NCBI GenBank assembly: GCA_963693365.1 | Contig: CAVNZM010000002.1 | Span: 1,550,001 to 1,614,000 of the forward strand | Source: Amoebidium appalachense | Lineage: Eukaryota > Protista > Ichthyosporea | Direction: 5' to 3' | Length of the DNA stretch: 64,000 nt | Shown: positions 1 to 19,520 of the stretch, one piece after another | How positions within the stretch are numbered: the first letter of the stretch is position 1 | How the letters are laid out: each line of letters begins with the position of its first letter | The notes under the pieces: model-generated | Databases searched by the model: none | Told to the model about the DNA's origin: nothing | Seen by the model: only the letters and a program-made list of their open reading frames with translations | Made by a program: the position numbers and the translations under genes

Positions 1-110
1 GTTTGACTAGCTCGGGCCAGATAGTGACAGAGGTTGTGTAGGGGTGAGTGTTTGGTGGTGGTGGTGGGGGGGGGGGGGGGGGGGGGGGGAGGGGGGGGGG
101 GGGGAATAAC

Positions 111-6178
<6,068 letters not shown>

Positions 6179-6428
6179 GGTGCAAACATGGAATGCAACT
6201 ATAATTTATGACACCGCTGTGTGAGTATTATGCACTGGTTCAGAAGGACGTTGGGGTTCCTGGCGCTCAATGGAGCCATGTGTAGGCTAAGGTTCAACCG
6301 TTCAAAAAACGAAGAAGGTCTGCGCCTGCTAAGCTGACACAGGATCCGACAGTCGAAGCCGAAGCAGACTCGAGCTCAGGTTCAAACCGTTTCCCCTAAA
6401 CTTATTGTATTGGAACATATCTAAGTTT

Positions 6429-6590
6429 GGGGGAATGTGCTGTTTATTAACGACATGTAGGCCGGAGCTGTGATGAGTTGTCGGCACCAAGACCAACAGT
6501 ACTTCCAGTGTCCACCCAACAAGATATACATGTAATAAAGTCGGTGTTACACTTACATCATATAATTTTTAAGTGGAGATATAACGTATC
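6429..6590 (+). repeat. Dispersed ~160-bp repeat (family C), inverted relative to the copy at 30662-30810
   Basis: atgtgctgtttattaac..agctgtgatgagttgtcggcaccaag..ccacccaacaagatatacatgtaa..gttacacttaca..gtggagatataacgtatc matches the reverse complement of 30662-30810. Confidence 0.85.
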
Positions 6591-7844
6591 TACATAAGTT
6601 TCTGATGTCATGCCATGGCCCAGAGGCAGGCCAGGCAGCAATTTTTTTTGGCTCTCCTATAAATTTAACTATAATCACCTAAGCCCTATGAACTTTTTTT
6701 TGCTAAATAAACAAAACAGCGTCTTTTTCTACAATAATATATGTATTTATTGATATCTTGTAGTTCTTACATGCTAAAAAAGACTTGCAACAGTCAAACT
6801 AAACGAACAAGAATCTCCGTCAACAGTGACCCCTCTCATATTCCATTCGGTTACCTACTCGGGATATTTTATAGCAAAAATTGGCTTCATTAAGGTTTTT
6901 GGGGATTCTATTTGGTGCTGTTACCACGAATCAAAGGAGTATATAACAACCATATTTAGCATTATTGATTGACCATATATAGCTATGCATTTGTGCGAGG
7001 CTCTATTGTTATTGGTCTTCCGAGGGAATTCGGAATGCAGGAAAAGCAAAAGCAACCTGCAGCTGTCGTCTGACTGCACACAAAAGTTTTGGGAACTTGG
7101 CAGGTTGGGACGTCATAACATTCCCTTTGCCCCATCTGCTTGCAACTGAAGAACTTGGTTTGAGTGGAAAGAAAAATCTTCTCTACGCGGTTTCAAATTT
7201 TGGCTGCCATGACCACCTGCTCGGCGTCACACTGATGTTAGCCCATCGGCACCGCAAAAAACCACAGCACCAGCTATGAGTGAGGCTGGGTTTGGCTGTG
7301 GCATAGGCTGGGGGTGTGCACTCACCACAGGGGCGACTCAGGTACGGCGCTAAGCTATTAGCCCCCCCCCCCCCCCCCCCCCGGCCCGACCCGCCCGACA
7401 CGTCACGTCATGCTGTTGTCGCTTCGGAAGAGGCAAACTGTGAAACGTACGGGTTGTTGAGGGCACAGGGAGCTCTTAGTTCCGAAAGTAGAGTCAAGGG
7501 GTGAAAAGTGATGAGCACACCCACTTGCGATTATAGTATGGAATGCAGCAGTTTATAGATGTTCTTTGTATGTGGGTTTGTACATGAGAGCGGGCATGGT
7601 TGGTGGGACACCTGGAAGGAATAGAGGAAGAAAGCCGGGAGGGAGGGGTACGGAGAGGGGGACTTAGAAAGTCTGCAATATAAGTGGGGAACAGCAGGCA
7701 GAAAGGGGAAACAAGGACGGCTTGGAGGTTTCTTTGGGGTGGGAGCACAGAGGAGATGCCTCTGGTAACTGTGCCCGCTTTAATATTTTCACCTGTGAAC
7801 CGGGGCTGAGGGAGGAGGGAGCCGTTCTCTGCCCCCTATTCTTC

Positions 7845-7876
<32 letters not shown>

Positions 7877-8078
7877 ACCCACCCACCCACCCACCCCTCC
7901 CCCTCTCCCCCGGCCGCGGTGTGGGATTCACCCAATACCTGTATTCGATCTTTTCCCATTGAGCCACACCTTTTAGTTACTTCTCTTTTTGTGTGTACGT
8001 TGTTGTGGTGGTGGTGGTGATGTGTCCAATACTGGATGGGTGTGCTTTTTTGTATGCCCCTTTCTTTTTTTACATGTT

Positions 8079-8151
<73 letters not shown>

Positions 8152-9592
8152 ACGTATGTGTACGTGCGTGTGTGTTTGTGTGCCTGTGTGGTCTGTGTGT
8201 ACGCGTGCGCACGAGTGTGTGTGTGTTGGAGTAGAGCTGACCATATTCCCCACCATGCAGCCCATCGTGTGTGGTGATGGCTTTGGCCTTCATTACGGTC
8301 CAAATAGCGGGGGAAACGGAGGGGGAGGAGCTGGTGTGGGCAAGTACGGGGGTGGTGGTGGCGGTGACGGGTTCACGGTCGGTGGTGGCGGCGGAGGAGG
8401 AGGTATGTTGGGGTGTCTCTTGTTAAGTTAAAAAAAGGGTGACGTGTGATGGGAGAAAAAGACTGGGGATGTGGAGAGAGTGAAAAGGGTGGTGGGGGGA
8501 GGGGATGGGGGGAGGGGGACCAAGGTTACTAACGAGGAAAGAGGAAGGGATGCTGGGGGGAAGATGTTGCTCGCGTGCCCCCTGGGGGGTAGGGAGGGAG
8601 GGTGCAGGGGCATGGGGATGAGGGAGTGGCGGTGGTGAGTGGGTGGGTGGGTGGGTGGGGTGGGGGGTGGGGGGGGGGGGGGGGGGGGGGGGCTGTGTTT
8701 TTGCGTTGATTTCTTTCTGAAGGTGTACATGATTGGTCAGTGCTGGGTTTTTGAGGTGGGGTAGGGCAGTGTGGGTTTTTGTATATGGGGCCCTTTCTTG
8801 TTTTCAGTTTTTAGGTCTTCTACTGTCTTTTCCTCTTTCCGTCCCTTATTCTTGCGTGTTCTTGTATGTTTCTGTGTGTGATGGTGGTAGCAGTGGTGAT
8901 GCTGGTGGTGGTGGTTGTGGTGGAAGAGGGGCGGGGGGGGGGGGGGGGGGGGGGGGGAGGGGGGAGGGGAGGGTAGGGGGGAGGAGGATTGCCTCCTTAA
9001 TCGTGGCATGCACCGAACACTATTCGTCAATTGTCCCAGTGGGCATGTCCGGTCCCCATGCCACTTGTTTGTACACGTACACATGTACATGTACGTGTGC
9101 GGGCACACACGCACGCACACACACACACACACACCTACACAAGCACCTCTATCTACACATGACTTCCCAATTTAAACTTCCCCATAAGTCTGTCATTCCA
9201 TTATTGTTGTTTTTTTTTTTTTGGGGGGGGGGGGGGGGGGGAGGCGGGGAGGGGGGGGGGGAGGAGGGGAGGCAGTTATTATTGCAAGTAACTGGTTGGC
9301 TTTCGTTGAAGTTTGCAAAAACCCTTTGACTAATCAATGTTGCACATAATATCCACAGGAAACGGTGGGGGAGGTGGTGGTGGCGGCGAAGGTGGAAAAC
9401 TGGGAGGGGGGGTGGGGGTGGGGGTGGTGGGGGGAGGGTTCACACCCTCAACCCAGGGTTGAGAGACGGAGGGGGAGGCGGGGGAGGGGGAGGAGGCAAC
9501 AAAGGAACAGGCACAATGCCTGTGTCTGTGAGGTGGATAAGGGTGGAGCCTGTACCTGTTGAAGGGCCGGAATGGTGCTAGCCACTATCCTT

Positions 9593-9630
<38 letters not shown>

Positions 9631-9666
9631 GACCACCACCACCACCATCTCCCCCTCCCCTCACGT

Positions 9667-9730
<64 letters not shown>

Positions 9731-10026
9731 CACACACACACGGGTTTACCCAATCCTATAAACCAACAATGTTCCGAATGTATTGTCATAGAATATCCTA
9801 ACTTGGTATGCGGATTTACGGAAATTTATGAGACCATATTACCAACCATGTAGTTTTTCCCCTTTTGCATAGACCACTGTCAGTGTATCTGATACATAGG
9901 AGCGTACAGGCAGTTGACATGCTTTGGATAGCTCCACTGGCGAAATTTGACGAGCTATATATAGTCGTATATTTCTCAGGTTCTAGAATTGTGCTTACAC
10001 CATATATATATACATATATGTATATA

Positions 10027-10068
<42 letters not shown>

Positions 10069-10264
10069 TAAAATACACAGTCTGTTTTTACGTGTGAGAG
10101 ACACAACATATACTATTTTTTAGGGATGTCCAGACTCAGTGGTGTTTACGGACACGTTGTCGGGGCATGAATGCACGCACACAGTCGTATGAGTCCTGAT
10201 ATTCGCTGCAGCTGTTCTATGACCCGCCTCTCAGTGTACATGGACTGCTTGATAGTAAACATTT

Positions 10265-10378
10265 TCAGACTACTGTACTCAATGATGCAAATTCTTATCG
10301 GCCCACGAGTGAGCAAGGTAGTCAGACTACTGTACTCAATGATGCAAATTCTTATCGGCCCACGAGTGAGCAAGGTAG
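10265..10378. repeat. Exact 57-bp tandem duplication
   Basis: tcagactactgtactcaatgatgcaaattcttatcggcccacgagtgagcaaggtag occurs at 10265 and again at 10322. Confidence 0.9.
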
Positions 10379-10615
10379 TGCTCGGATACCGGATCCTCCT
10401 CCCCGTCCCCCCCCCCCCCCCCCCCCCCCCCCCCACCCCACACACACACAAATATACACACGCCTTCCCCATTCCATCCATTGGGCCACACGTGCACGCT
10501 CACGCCCCATGCATGGAGCATCTGGGGCCACATGCATGTGCACATCTACGCACTGTCAGATGCGATCCACCCTCACACCCACCGTTACCACTCTGACTAG
10601 GCCAGCACCATCATA

Positions 10616-11027
10616 AGGGCCCAACCACATCGGCAGAGTCAACTTGCAGATAGCAGAATTATTCGGCAAAAGCAGACTTATTCTGCAAAAAGCGGAATTA
10701 TTCTGCAAATGCAGAATCACTCTGCTTTTGCGGAATAAATCTACTTTTTATTATTTTGCTTTTAACAGAATTATTCCACAAGAAGCAGAATAATTCTACT
10801 TTTAGCAGAATAATTTTGAAGAATGATTCTGCCTTTAGCAGATTGATTCTGATGTTTGCAGAATGATTCTGCTTTTAGCAGAATGATTCTGCTTTTGCAG
10901 AATAATTCCGCTTTCGCCGAACAATTCTGCTTTTAGCAGAATAATGCTGCTTTATGCAGAAAAATTCTGCTTTGTGCAGAATAATTCTGCTCGGAGCAAG
11001 TTGACTCAGCCGATGTGGTTGGGCCCT
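10616..11027. mobile_element. Non-autonomous foldback/MITE-like element with 32-bp TIRs and a 6-bp TSD (ATCATA)
   Basis: Left TIR 10616-10647 (agggcccaaccacatcggcagagtcaacttgc) and right TIR 10996-11027 differ at one position. ATCATA lies at 10610-10615 and 11028-11033. The interior is ~20-bp quasi-palindromic gcagaattattctgc units. Confidence 0.9.
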
Positions 11028-11823
11028 ATCATATTTGCACTTGCACGACGTACATGTACATAATACTTGCACAAAGGGAAAGCCCTGCTCGAGCGCAATG
11101 CCAAAATAACATATCGAAGAGTGCTCAGATGTGCTCGTTCATTTCGATTTCATCATATCATAATTAACTTGCGTTTGCCTGCATCATGCACGCAAGTGTC
11201 ACCGATCGCGAGGCACGGTGCCTATGTTATCCGAGGCCTTATTGGTAATGCGGAAGTATTTTGTTGTGAGGTTGGATAAGCCTTACTTATTCAGATATAT
11301 AACGGTACCTTTTCCCCTTCGAATATACAAATTTTGTTTTCAATTTCATGGCTGTGAGGATGTTGTGCACGTGCACGTGTGTGCGTGTGTGAGCTGTGTG
11401 TACACATGAGTGTGTAGCGCAGCAGCTGTCCGCCGTTATCATGAATTTTGCAGTTCATATGTAAACTTTCTGAACGTGTGTCCCCCCCCCCCCAGTATGC
11501 GTGTGTTCTGGTGTCCGACGGGGACCATCTATTGTCGTGCTACTGTGTATATGCACATGCGATAATCATTGACCAGCAGAGAGCTCTGCCATATACAAAA
11601 GTATGCCCCCAAGTCTTTTACCACTCTCCACTACTCGGTCTTCCCTGCCCCCCCTCCCCCCCCCCCCCCCCCCCCCCCCCACCAAAATATCCACCTGAGC
11701 CTGGACCATCCAATAATACTAAGTGTCTTCGGCCTATCCTCTTCCAAAACCTCTCCTTGCTTGCCCCCATCTCCTTCCCCCCCCCCCCCCCCCCCCTTCC
11801 GCCCCGCTGAACGTACACGATCC

Positions 11824-11857
<34 letters not shown>

Positions 11858-11946
11858 TCCCACCCTCCGCCCCTCATGATCACCCCACCCCGGTGACCAC
11901 GAATCTGTCCCTCAAATCGGCAATACTGCAGCCTTCGGCCCAATTC

Positions 11947-11980
<34 letters not shown>

Positions 11981-12736
11981 ACTCACCCACCCATCATCCC
12001 CTCCTGCTTTCCACCAACACGTGCACACATACACGCCACCAACAATAACGTCTGTTTTACAACACTCCCCACCCCCCACCCAGGCCAAACCTCCACCCCA
12101 CTTCTCCCGCCACCGTTCTCCTGGGGGGGGTGGAGAGCCACCATATAACACACTAGCTTATGTAAAATGTTAAAGCGCGTGCAAGCTGAGTTCAGCACAC
12201 CAAGAGAATAACAGAACCGTCTAAATCCATCGCTCCCTCCAACATGACACCTATTGCACGTGTGCTGGGGCTACATGACCGATGACTTTTTCAAGCAGGC
12301 CTTTACACGGCCAAAGAAAAACCTTTGAAATAAACATACAGTCACAGCTCAAAAATGTAAAAAATGCAGCCGCTTCTAAGTTAGTAAATAGGCAACAAAG
12401 TAAATAAACAGGAAAAACACGTGTACGCTTGTGCGTTGGCCTGCGCCTGGCTCACAGCATCCTCATGTTCGCCAATATGTATCCGGGAGGGCTCACAGCG
12501 TCACCTGACTGTGCAAGCTCGATAATTTAGAAAAAGTGTTTATCGCCTATTCTACGCTTTAAAAGATCAATAAAACGTTTTGATTGGTACATGACAAAAG
12601 TCAATTTGACCGGGTTTGGCACGCACATGCACACCCAGCCTCCCTCCCTGTGTCGATTTCTTTCTGAGCTTCACCTGGGCTCGATTACAACGTGTGGAAG
12701 GGGTTTAACATTGGCTTGGGAAGCCAAAACGCAATC

Positions 12737-14071
12737 ATGAGCGAAGGTATAAATTCTGCACGGTCTTTCAGCGATCATCTGTACTCGTTCTGAGTTCAGG
12801 CCTTTATGTTTTCGACCATTTCTCTGGATTGTTAATGCTTACCTGAAGCTCCCAACGAGCATCACCACGGTCTATTTCGTAAAAAGCAGGAGAAAGAGAG
12901 CAACGGGCAAAAAGAAGCTGTGTACATACTAGCACTTTTTCGCCCTCTCTGAATCATGCGCCGGTACAAGGGAAAGGCCTCAGTCTTTGCATTAACTCGG
13001 ACCAACACGGCTACGAAATTGATCAAGCATCAAAAAGAAATTCTTCGCTGCACATATAGGTTCTCTTTTTTTTTAATGCGTTGGTTATGTATGGTATTTT
13101 CTCGCACACCCAATTACTTCCGAAAAAGCCTGCTAAATGCAGGGATGGGTTCATGTCTGGAAGCAGAAATCCTGACGCAGTTTTTTGCCTGCAGGCACGG
13201 CAAAGAAGAAGTCCAAGAAGGAGACCAAGGTGGACGAGTCTCAGGTTGACTATCAGGTGTGTAGGGGTGGCCAAGGGGGTTGTCTTATGGATGGCGTGCT
13301 GTGGCACACATCCACTTGAAGTAGATCGCTGCTTGGGAACAAGCACATACAGGGGCGGGCATACAGACACACACACATGAACATATATCTGCACCTACAA
13401 CCACACGGCACGTGCGTGCGTGCGGGCACACACACACACACACTGGACAACACATCGTTGAGCACACACACAGGCTCACAAACAAATATGCACACACACG
13501 TGCACATTTTCACACACCCGCACAGGCACACACACATACACACGCAGACCCAGGCTTTTAAACCACACCCTTGCTTGGGCCATGGCATGGTGCACATTTG
13601 CGCAGGGACGAGCATTATCACATTAGCAAAATACACAAGCTGGAGCCTGTAGGTGATGTGGCACATGCGTGTTGGTGTGCGAGGCATAACACACGTGCGC
13701 TTGCATAGCCACCAGCACTCACAAGTTGTGAACTTTGACGGCGAAAGCATTTACTCTTTCTTCTTAAGTGTACCTGAGCCGACTGGTATGCAGCACACAC
13801 ACTTGCCCACACACTCACACACACCCGTGCAAGCACACACACACACACACACACACACGTACACACACGCAGATGCACACGCACACACAAACGCACACAT
13901 GCACACACACACAGATACAATAGGGGAAGCAAGGGTGGGGGTCGTAGGCAACCCTCGTACGATCTCTCCGTGACAATACCATATCTCACTTTAAAGCATC
14001 CCCGTTTGATACCGATCCGTGTGCGTGTGTGTGCGTGTGCGTGCGTGCGTGCGTGCGTGTGTGTGTGTGTG

Positions 14072-14104
<33 letters not shown>

Positions 14105-14989
14105 TGGGAAAGAGGGGGGGGGGGGGGGGGGGTTACTGTTGTCGTTGCTTTAATGTGTTATACTTAACCAGGGTACGAATGTGTGTATCTTTGTGTGGGG
14201 TTGCTTTTATTTTTTTTCGCTTGGAAGGAGGAAGTAAGGGCGGGGCGGGGACTGACTTGTTTGGTGTGGCACAGATCAAACCTGAGAAGACGGCACCACC
14301 AATCGACACGTCCAAATGGCCCCTGCTGCTTAAGGTGGGTTGTGATTGGCTGAACCAAGGGCACATTGCCTAAAAAGGAAAAGGTGCAAACAATACCGAG
14401 AAAATGGGACCCTGTAACCGTGCGTGGCATGCAGTGTGATGGTGATTTTTTGGGTAACAGTAATCTAGCTTTCTTTTCGTGTGTGTGTGTGGGGGGGGGG
14501 GGGGGGGGGGGGGGATGTTTTGGATTTTGTTTGGGGCTGTGAAAGGCAGTGGTGCTGTACGCATGTAACAGTACGAGCATCTGCTTTCTTTCGGTGAGCT
14601 ATGAGGCGGTGCCTGCCTGTGTGTCTGCCTGTAATCTTTGTGTATGCTTGCGTGTGTGTGCTTATGCACATGCATGCATTCTCTAGTATGTGTGCTTTGA
14701 CTGTTTGCGCGTGCACTTTGTTGTGCGTGGGTAGAAATACGATATCAATCGCGCCGTGTTGTTGTGGGGAAAGCTTTCTATCAAATGCAAGCTCTAAGAC
14801 ATTGTCACCCCCGTCTCCCCCCCCCCCCCCCCCCCCCTTTTTTTTTTTCGTCCATGCAGAATTACGATCAGCTGAACGTGCGCACGGCTCACTACACCCC
14901 CCTGCCCTTCGGCAACTCCCCCCTCAGCCGGCCCATTATTGAATACATCCGGTGAGTGTTGTGCATTTTTGCACGTGCGGGCATGCGGC

Positions 14990-15021
<32 letters not shown>

Positions 15022-17759
15022 AGGAGGAGTGGAAGGGGGGAGGGGTTGGTTGGTTATGGGAGCAGTGAGCTTCTTAGGGGACTGCTGTCAGTAAATATTT
15101 GCACACGACCACTGTGTGGCAAAGACACACCCACGCGCCCACACTCCATGGTGACATATATTGGGTTGATGGCAACCAGAAGAGGATTGTTGGGGGGGGA
15201 GGGGGGAGGAGAGAAGGAGAGTGAGGGAAACCGGGGAAGTGTGATCGATTTAACTGCCAGTAATCACCACTCCTTTGCCTTCAGTCTTTATCTTTGAAAT
15301 ACCGAGCAAAATTTTCCTGGAGTATGCCTGTATTTTATGTGCACACGCAGCCACAGTTCCCATTTTAACCTCTTTCAACCACAGCCTAGTGTGTTCACGT
15401 ACATCGCAAAAAACTTGACCATATTCCCCTTTTTTGCCATATTTTAGCCGCACTGTTTGATCTCTCCTCACATTTTCTTCCACACAGCTATGGTGTGATC
15501 AATCTGGACAAGCCCAGCAACCCCTCCTCACACGAGGTTGTGGCATGGATCAAGCGGATGCTCCGTGTGGAGAAGACGGGCCACAGTGGTACCCTTGATC
15601 CCAAGGTGACGGGTAATCTGATCGTCTGTGTCGATCGTGCTACGCGATTGGTTAAGAGTCAGCAGAGTGCAGGCAAGGAGTACGTGGCTATTGTGCGGTT
15701 CCATGGGCCCGTGGAGAGCCAGGCTAAGCTTACGCAGGTGTGTGTGGGTGTCTGTGTGTGTGTGTGTGCACGCGTGCACGTGCTTGTGCGTGGGTGCGTG
15801 GGTCGCGCGCCCCCGCACGTGTATGTGTGTGTGTGTGCGCGCGCCTGAGTGCCTGTGCCGATATGTGTGTGTGTGTGTGTGTGTGGATGGGTTGTGTTCT
15901 TGCTGGTTGTGTAGATGTGCGCGTTGAGCATGGATGGGTGTGCAGTGAGGTGTATTCCTTTTGTGTGCACTGTGCATTGGTTAGGGTCACCAGAAATCCA
16001 CATGATTCACTTTCAGTCTTAGAGGCAATGGTGCAATGTGTATATATACAAGGCCGGAGTGAGGAAAGCGAAACAATGAAGCTGGGAGTCAAGTACAAGC
16101 AAACATACTCGATGCATTTGCTCGCCCACCATCACCTCATACACCAAACACAATCCCATGAAAATACCCACCTACCACACTCTGTCCTGTTACTTCGTTC
16201 ATCGTTTAACAACGTCATGCAACTCACAACACGTCATTTTACCCCTTGATTCATTCATGGCTCTGAAATCCTCCTTCCATCCAACTAACCATCTCTTCTA
16301 CGTCTTCCCCCATTTTGTTTCTAGGCGGTGGAGACCCTTACAGGTGCTCTCTTCCAACGCCCGCCCCTTATCTCTGCTGTCAAGCGCCAGCTGCGCATCC
16401 GCACGATCTACTGGTCCAAGCTGATCGAGTATGATGCCGAGCGCCACCTTGCCGTCATCCACATTAGCTGTGAGGCCGGCACCTACATCCGAACCCTGTG
16501 TGTGCATCTGGGTTTGATCCTGGGGGTGGGCGCACACATGCAGGAGCTGCGCCGTGTACGCTCAGGTATGAATGGCTGGCAAACACACATTTCCCCCTGA
16601 AAGTGGGCTATGCTTTTTATGCACATACTCTTGATGTGTGGTTTGCACTCTGCGTCGTGTTGTTCGTTTTGAATGTTTTCTTCGTTCTCTATAAGACATT
16701 CTAACTCGCACACCGTGCGCGCGCACGCACACACACACATACAAAGACCATGCCACTACCACCACCAGCCCACTCCCCCCTTCGACCTTGGTGTACACTC
16801 TGTGCATGTATACACATCTACATGGCCACTGACTTTTTTTTTGCTCCACTAATCATGTGTTTGAGTGACACAGCACTTGGGGACCACGAAGGGTATATGA
16901 CGAAAAAGGAAGTAAATATAACACTTGTATACATAAAATATATAACATGATCACATTCATAACACATTAAGATTGAGTTGTTTTTCGGTTGTGCTGGCAA
17001 TCCCCAGTATGTGTAACTGCCGCATTTTTGACCATGTGCACGATTGCACTATTTTTGGCCATGCGCACGTGATCTGACGGCGGTTCGGGCCTGTGCAGGT
17101 GTGATGACGGAGAAGGACAACATGGTGACCATGCATGACGTCATGGATGCCATGTGGCTGTACGACAACCAGAAGGACGAGGTGCGTACTCACTGCCCGC
17201 ACTGGCTTTCACTGTGTACAACCATTTGTTTCTCAATTCCCGCACCTGTTCACACTATATGCACACATTTATTGTCCAGTGTCCACCGCTCGAACCTGTT
17301 TCACTGTGAGCACACATTTTTTCCACTACTCGCACCTGTTTTCGCTGTGCGCACACGTTTTTTTCACTGCTGGCACCCGTTTTCATTGTGTGCACACATT
17401 TTTTTCACTGCTCGCATTGCGTTCACTGTGTGCACACAATGTCCTTGATTGCATTGTGTGCACTCCAACCTCCTCACTTCTCACAGGGTTTTACTGTGTG
17501 CATACAGGCGTTCTCACTAAGTGCACAGGCTTGACTGTGTTCACGCAAGGTGGCGTTTGCAGGCACATGCTCTACTGCATGGATGTTTGGTTTTTCACTG
17601 CAGGCACATGTTTCACTGTGTACACATCGGTTTTCCTGTGTTTAATCGGTCCGAAGATTGGCAGAAATGGGAAGCGGATGGCTTTGAACGAGAGAAGAAT
17701 GCTAACCTTCACCCCTCCCCGCTCCACGAATGTCTCTTGCTCGCCTCCCTCCTCGATCG

Positions 17760-17822
<63 letters not shown>

Positions 17823-18155
17823 CATCCACATACGCATCCACATGTGCATCCACATACACACCTTTCCCACACACACTCACACCTCGCACACACACAGTCC
17901 TACCTCCGCCGTGTGATCATGCCCCTGGAGCGTCTTCTCACGCAACTCAAGCGCATTGTTGTCAAGGACAGCACGGTTAATGCCATCTGCTACGGCGCCA
18001 AACTGATGATTCCCGGTCTGCTGCGGTTTGCAAACGACATTGAGGTTGGGGATGAGTTGGTGTTGATGACGACTAAGGGTGAGGCCATTGCTTTGGGCAT
18101 TGCAGAGATGACGACTGCAGTCATGGCTACATGCGACCACGGCGTGGTGGCTAAG

Positions 18156-18200
<45 letters not shown>

Positions 18201-18331
18201 GTGTGTGTGTGTGGTGGCGGTGGCGGTGGCGGCGTCGATGTGTGTGTCTGTGTGTGTGTGTGTTTGTTTGGGGGGAGATGGGTGGTTGTAGTCGGTGGTA
18301 TGATGATGGTGATTTTTTTTTTTTTTGGGAG

Positions 18332-18367
<36 letters not shown>

Positions 18368-19472
18368 GTTGTGTATTTGGGGAGGGCAAGGGTTGGTGGA
18401 TGGGGCAAGGGGAAGCTGTGAGGGGGGGGGGGGGGGATTTGGTTGGTGGGCGTTGGTTGGGGATGTGGAATTCAGGAGAGGTGCAGCCACAGGTGCGTAG
18501 CCCGTGGTGATTGAGGGGGAGGTGGTGGCTGTGCTGTGTGTGTGTATGTGTGTGTGTGGCTGAACCACATGTCCCCCAGATCAAGCGTGTGATCATGGAG
18601 CGTGACACGTACCCACGCAAGTGGGGTCTGGGCCCTGTGGCATCCACCAAGAAGGCCATGAAGAAGGAGGGCACCCTGGACAAGGTGGGTGGGTGTGTGC
18701 GTGTGTGTGTGTTTGTGAATGGGTGGGTGTGTATGTGCGCGTGTGCAGGCAGGGGGATGGGTGGGCAGGTGCGTGTCCTGTGTGTCGGTGTGGGTGTAGT
18801 CTGTGTGTGTGGTCGCGGTGGGTGCATCCAGGTTTGTTGTCCAGACATGTACGTTTTCAGGAAAGCATGAACAAACTAGCACTTACCCGGCCTGACATTA
18901 TACGAGGCTCTTCGGTGTGCGCGTGGGACTCTGGTCTGTTTGCAGTCGTGGGCTGTTGGTGGGTGCCAGCAATGTTGCATCCCCCCATTCACTGTGTGCA
19001 CATGTCGGCATGTTTGTTCACCACTCATTCACTGTGTGCACATGTTGACATGTTTGTTCACCACTCACTGTGTGCACATGTGGACATGTTTGTTTACCAA
19101 TCACTGTTTGCACACGTTGACATGTTTGTTTACCAATTACTGTTTGCACATGTTTGTTCACCCTCACTGTGTGCACATGTTGACCAGTTTGTTCACCACT
19201 CACTGTGTGCACATGTTGACCTGTTTGTTCACCACTCACTGTGCGCACATGCTAATATGTTTGTGCAAACAGTTCGGCAAGCCCAACGAGAACACACCCA
19301 AGGAGTGGACCAGCAGCTATGTGGATCTGGGCGGTGAGGCAAAGCCGGCTGCCCCGGCAGTGAAGGAGGAGGCTGCTGTAGATTCAAAGAAGGTGTGTTC
19401 CCCTGTCTTTTACTTACTATTTAACACTTTTGATTTTTGAGTTTTTCAAAGCAGCCAAGGTGGGCGAGCAGG

Positions 19473-19520
<48 letters not shown>

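Noticed and set aside
6468-6606. Box C (GTGATGA) and box D (CTGA) suggesting a C/D snoRNA
   Set aside because: The D box and a terminal stem are not conserved in the second copy at 30662-30810; it is better explained as a dispersed repeat.
10650-10995. Regular ~20-bp palindromic repeats resembling a CRISPR array
   Set aside because: No unique spacers and no cas genes, the context is eukaryotic, and the array lies inside a TIR/TSD-bounded element.
12250-12430. CACGTG E-boxes upstream of DKC1 as Myc/Max sites
   Set aside because: CACGTG is very frequent in this window, often at CA/GT junctions, so its presence alone is uninformative.
16660-16712. Hairpin in DKC1 intron 6 as an H/ACA snoRNA
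   Set aside because: The sequence is part of a repeat family A copy.
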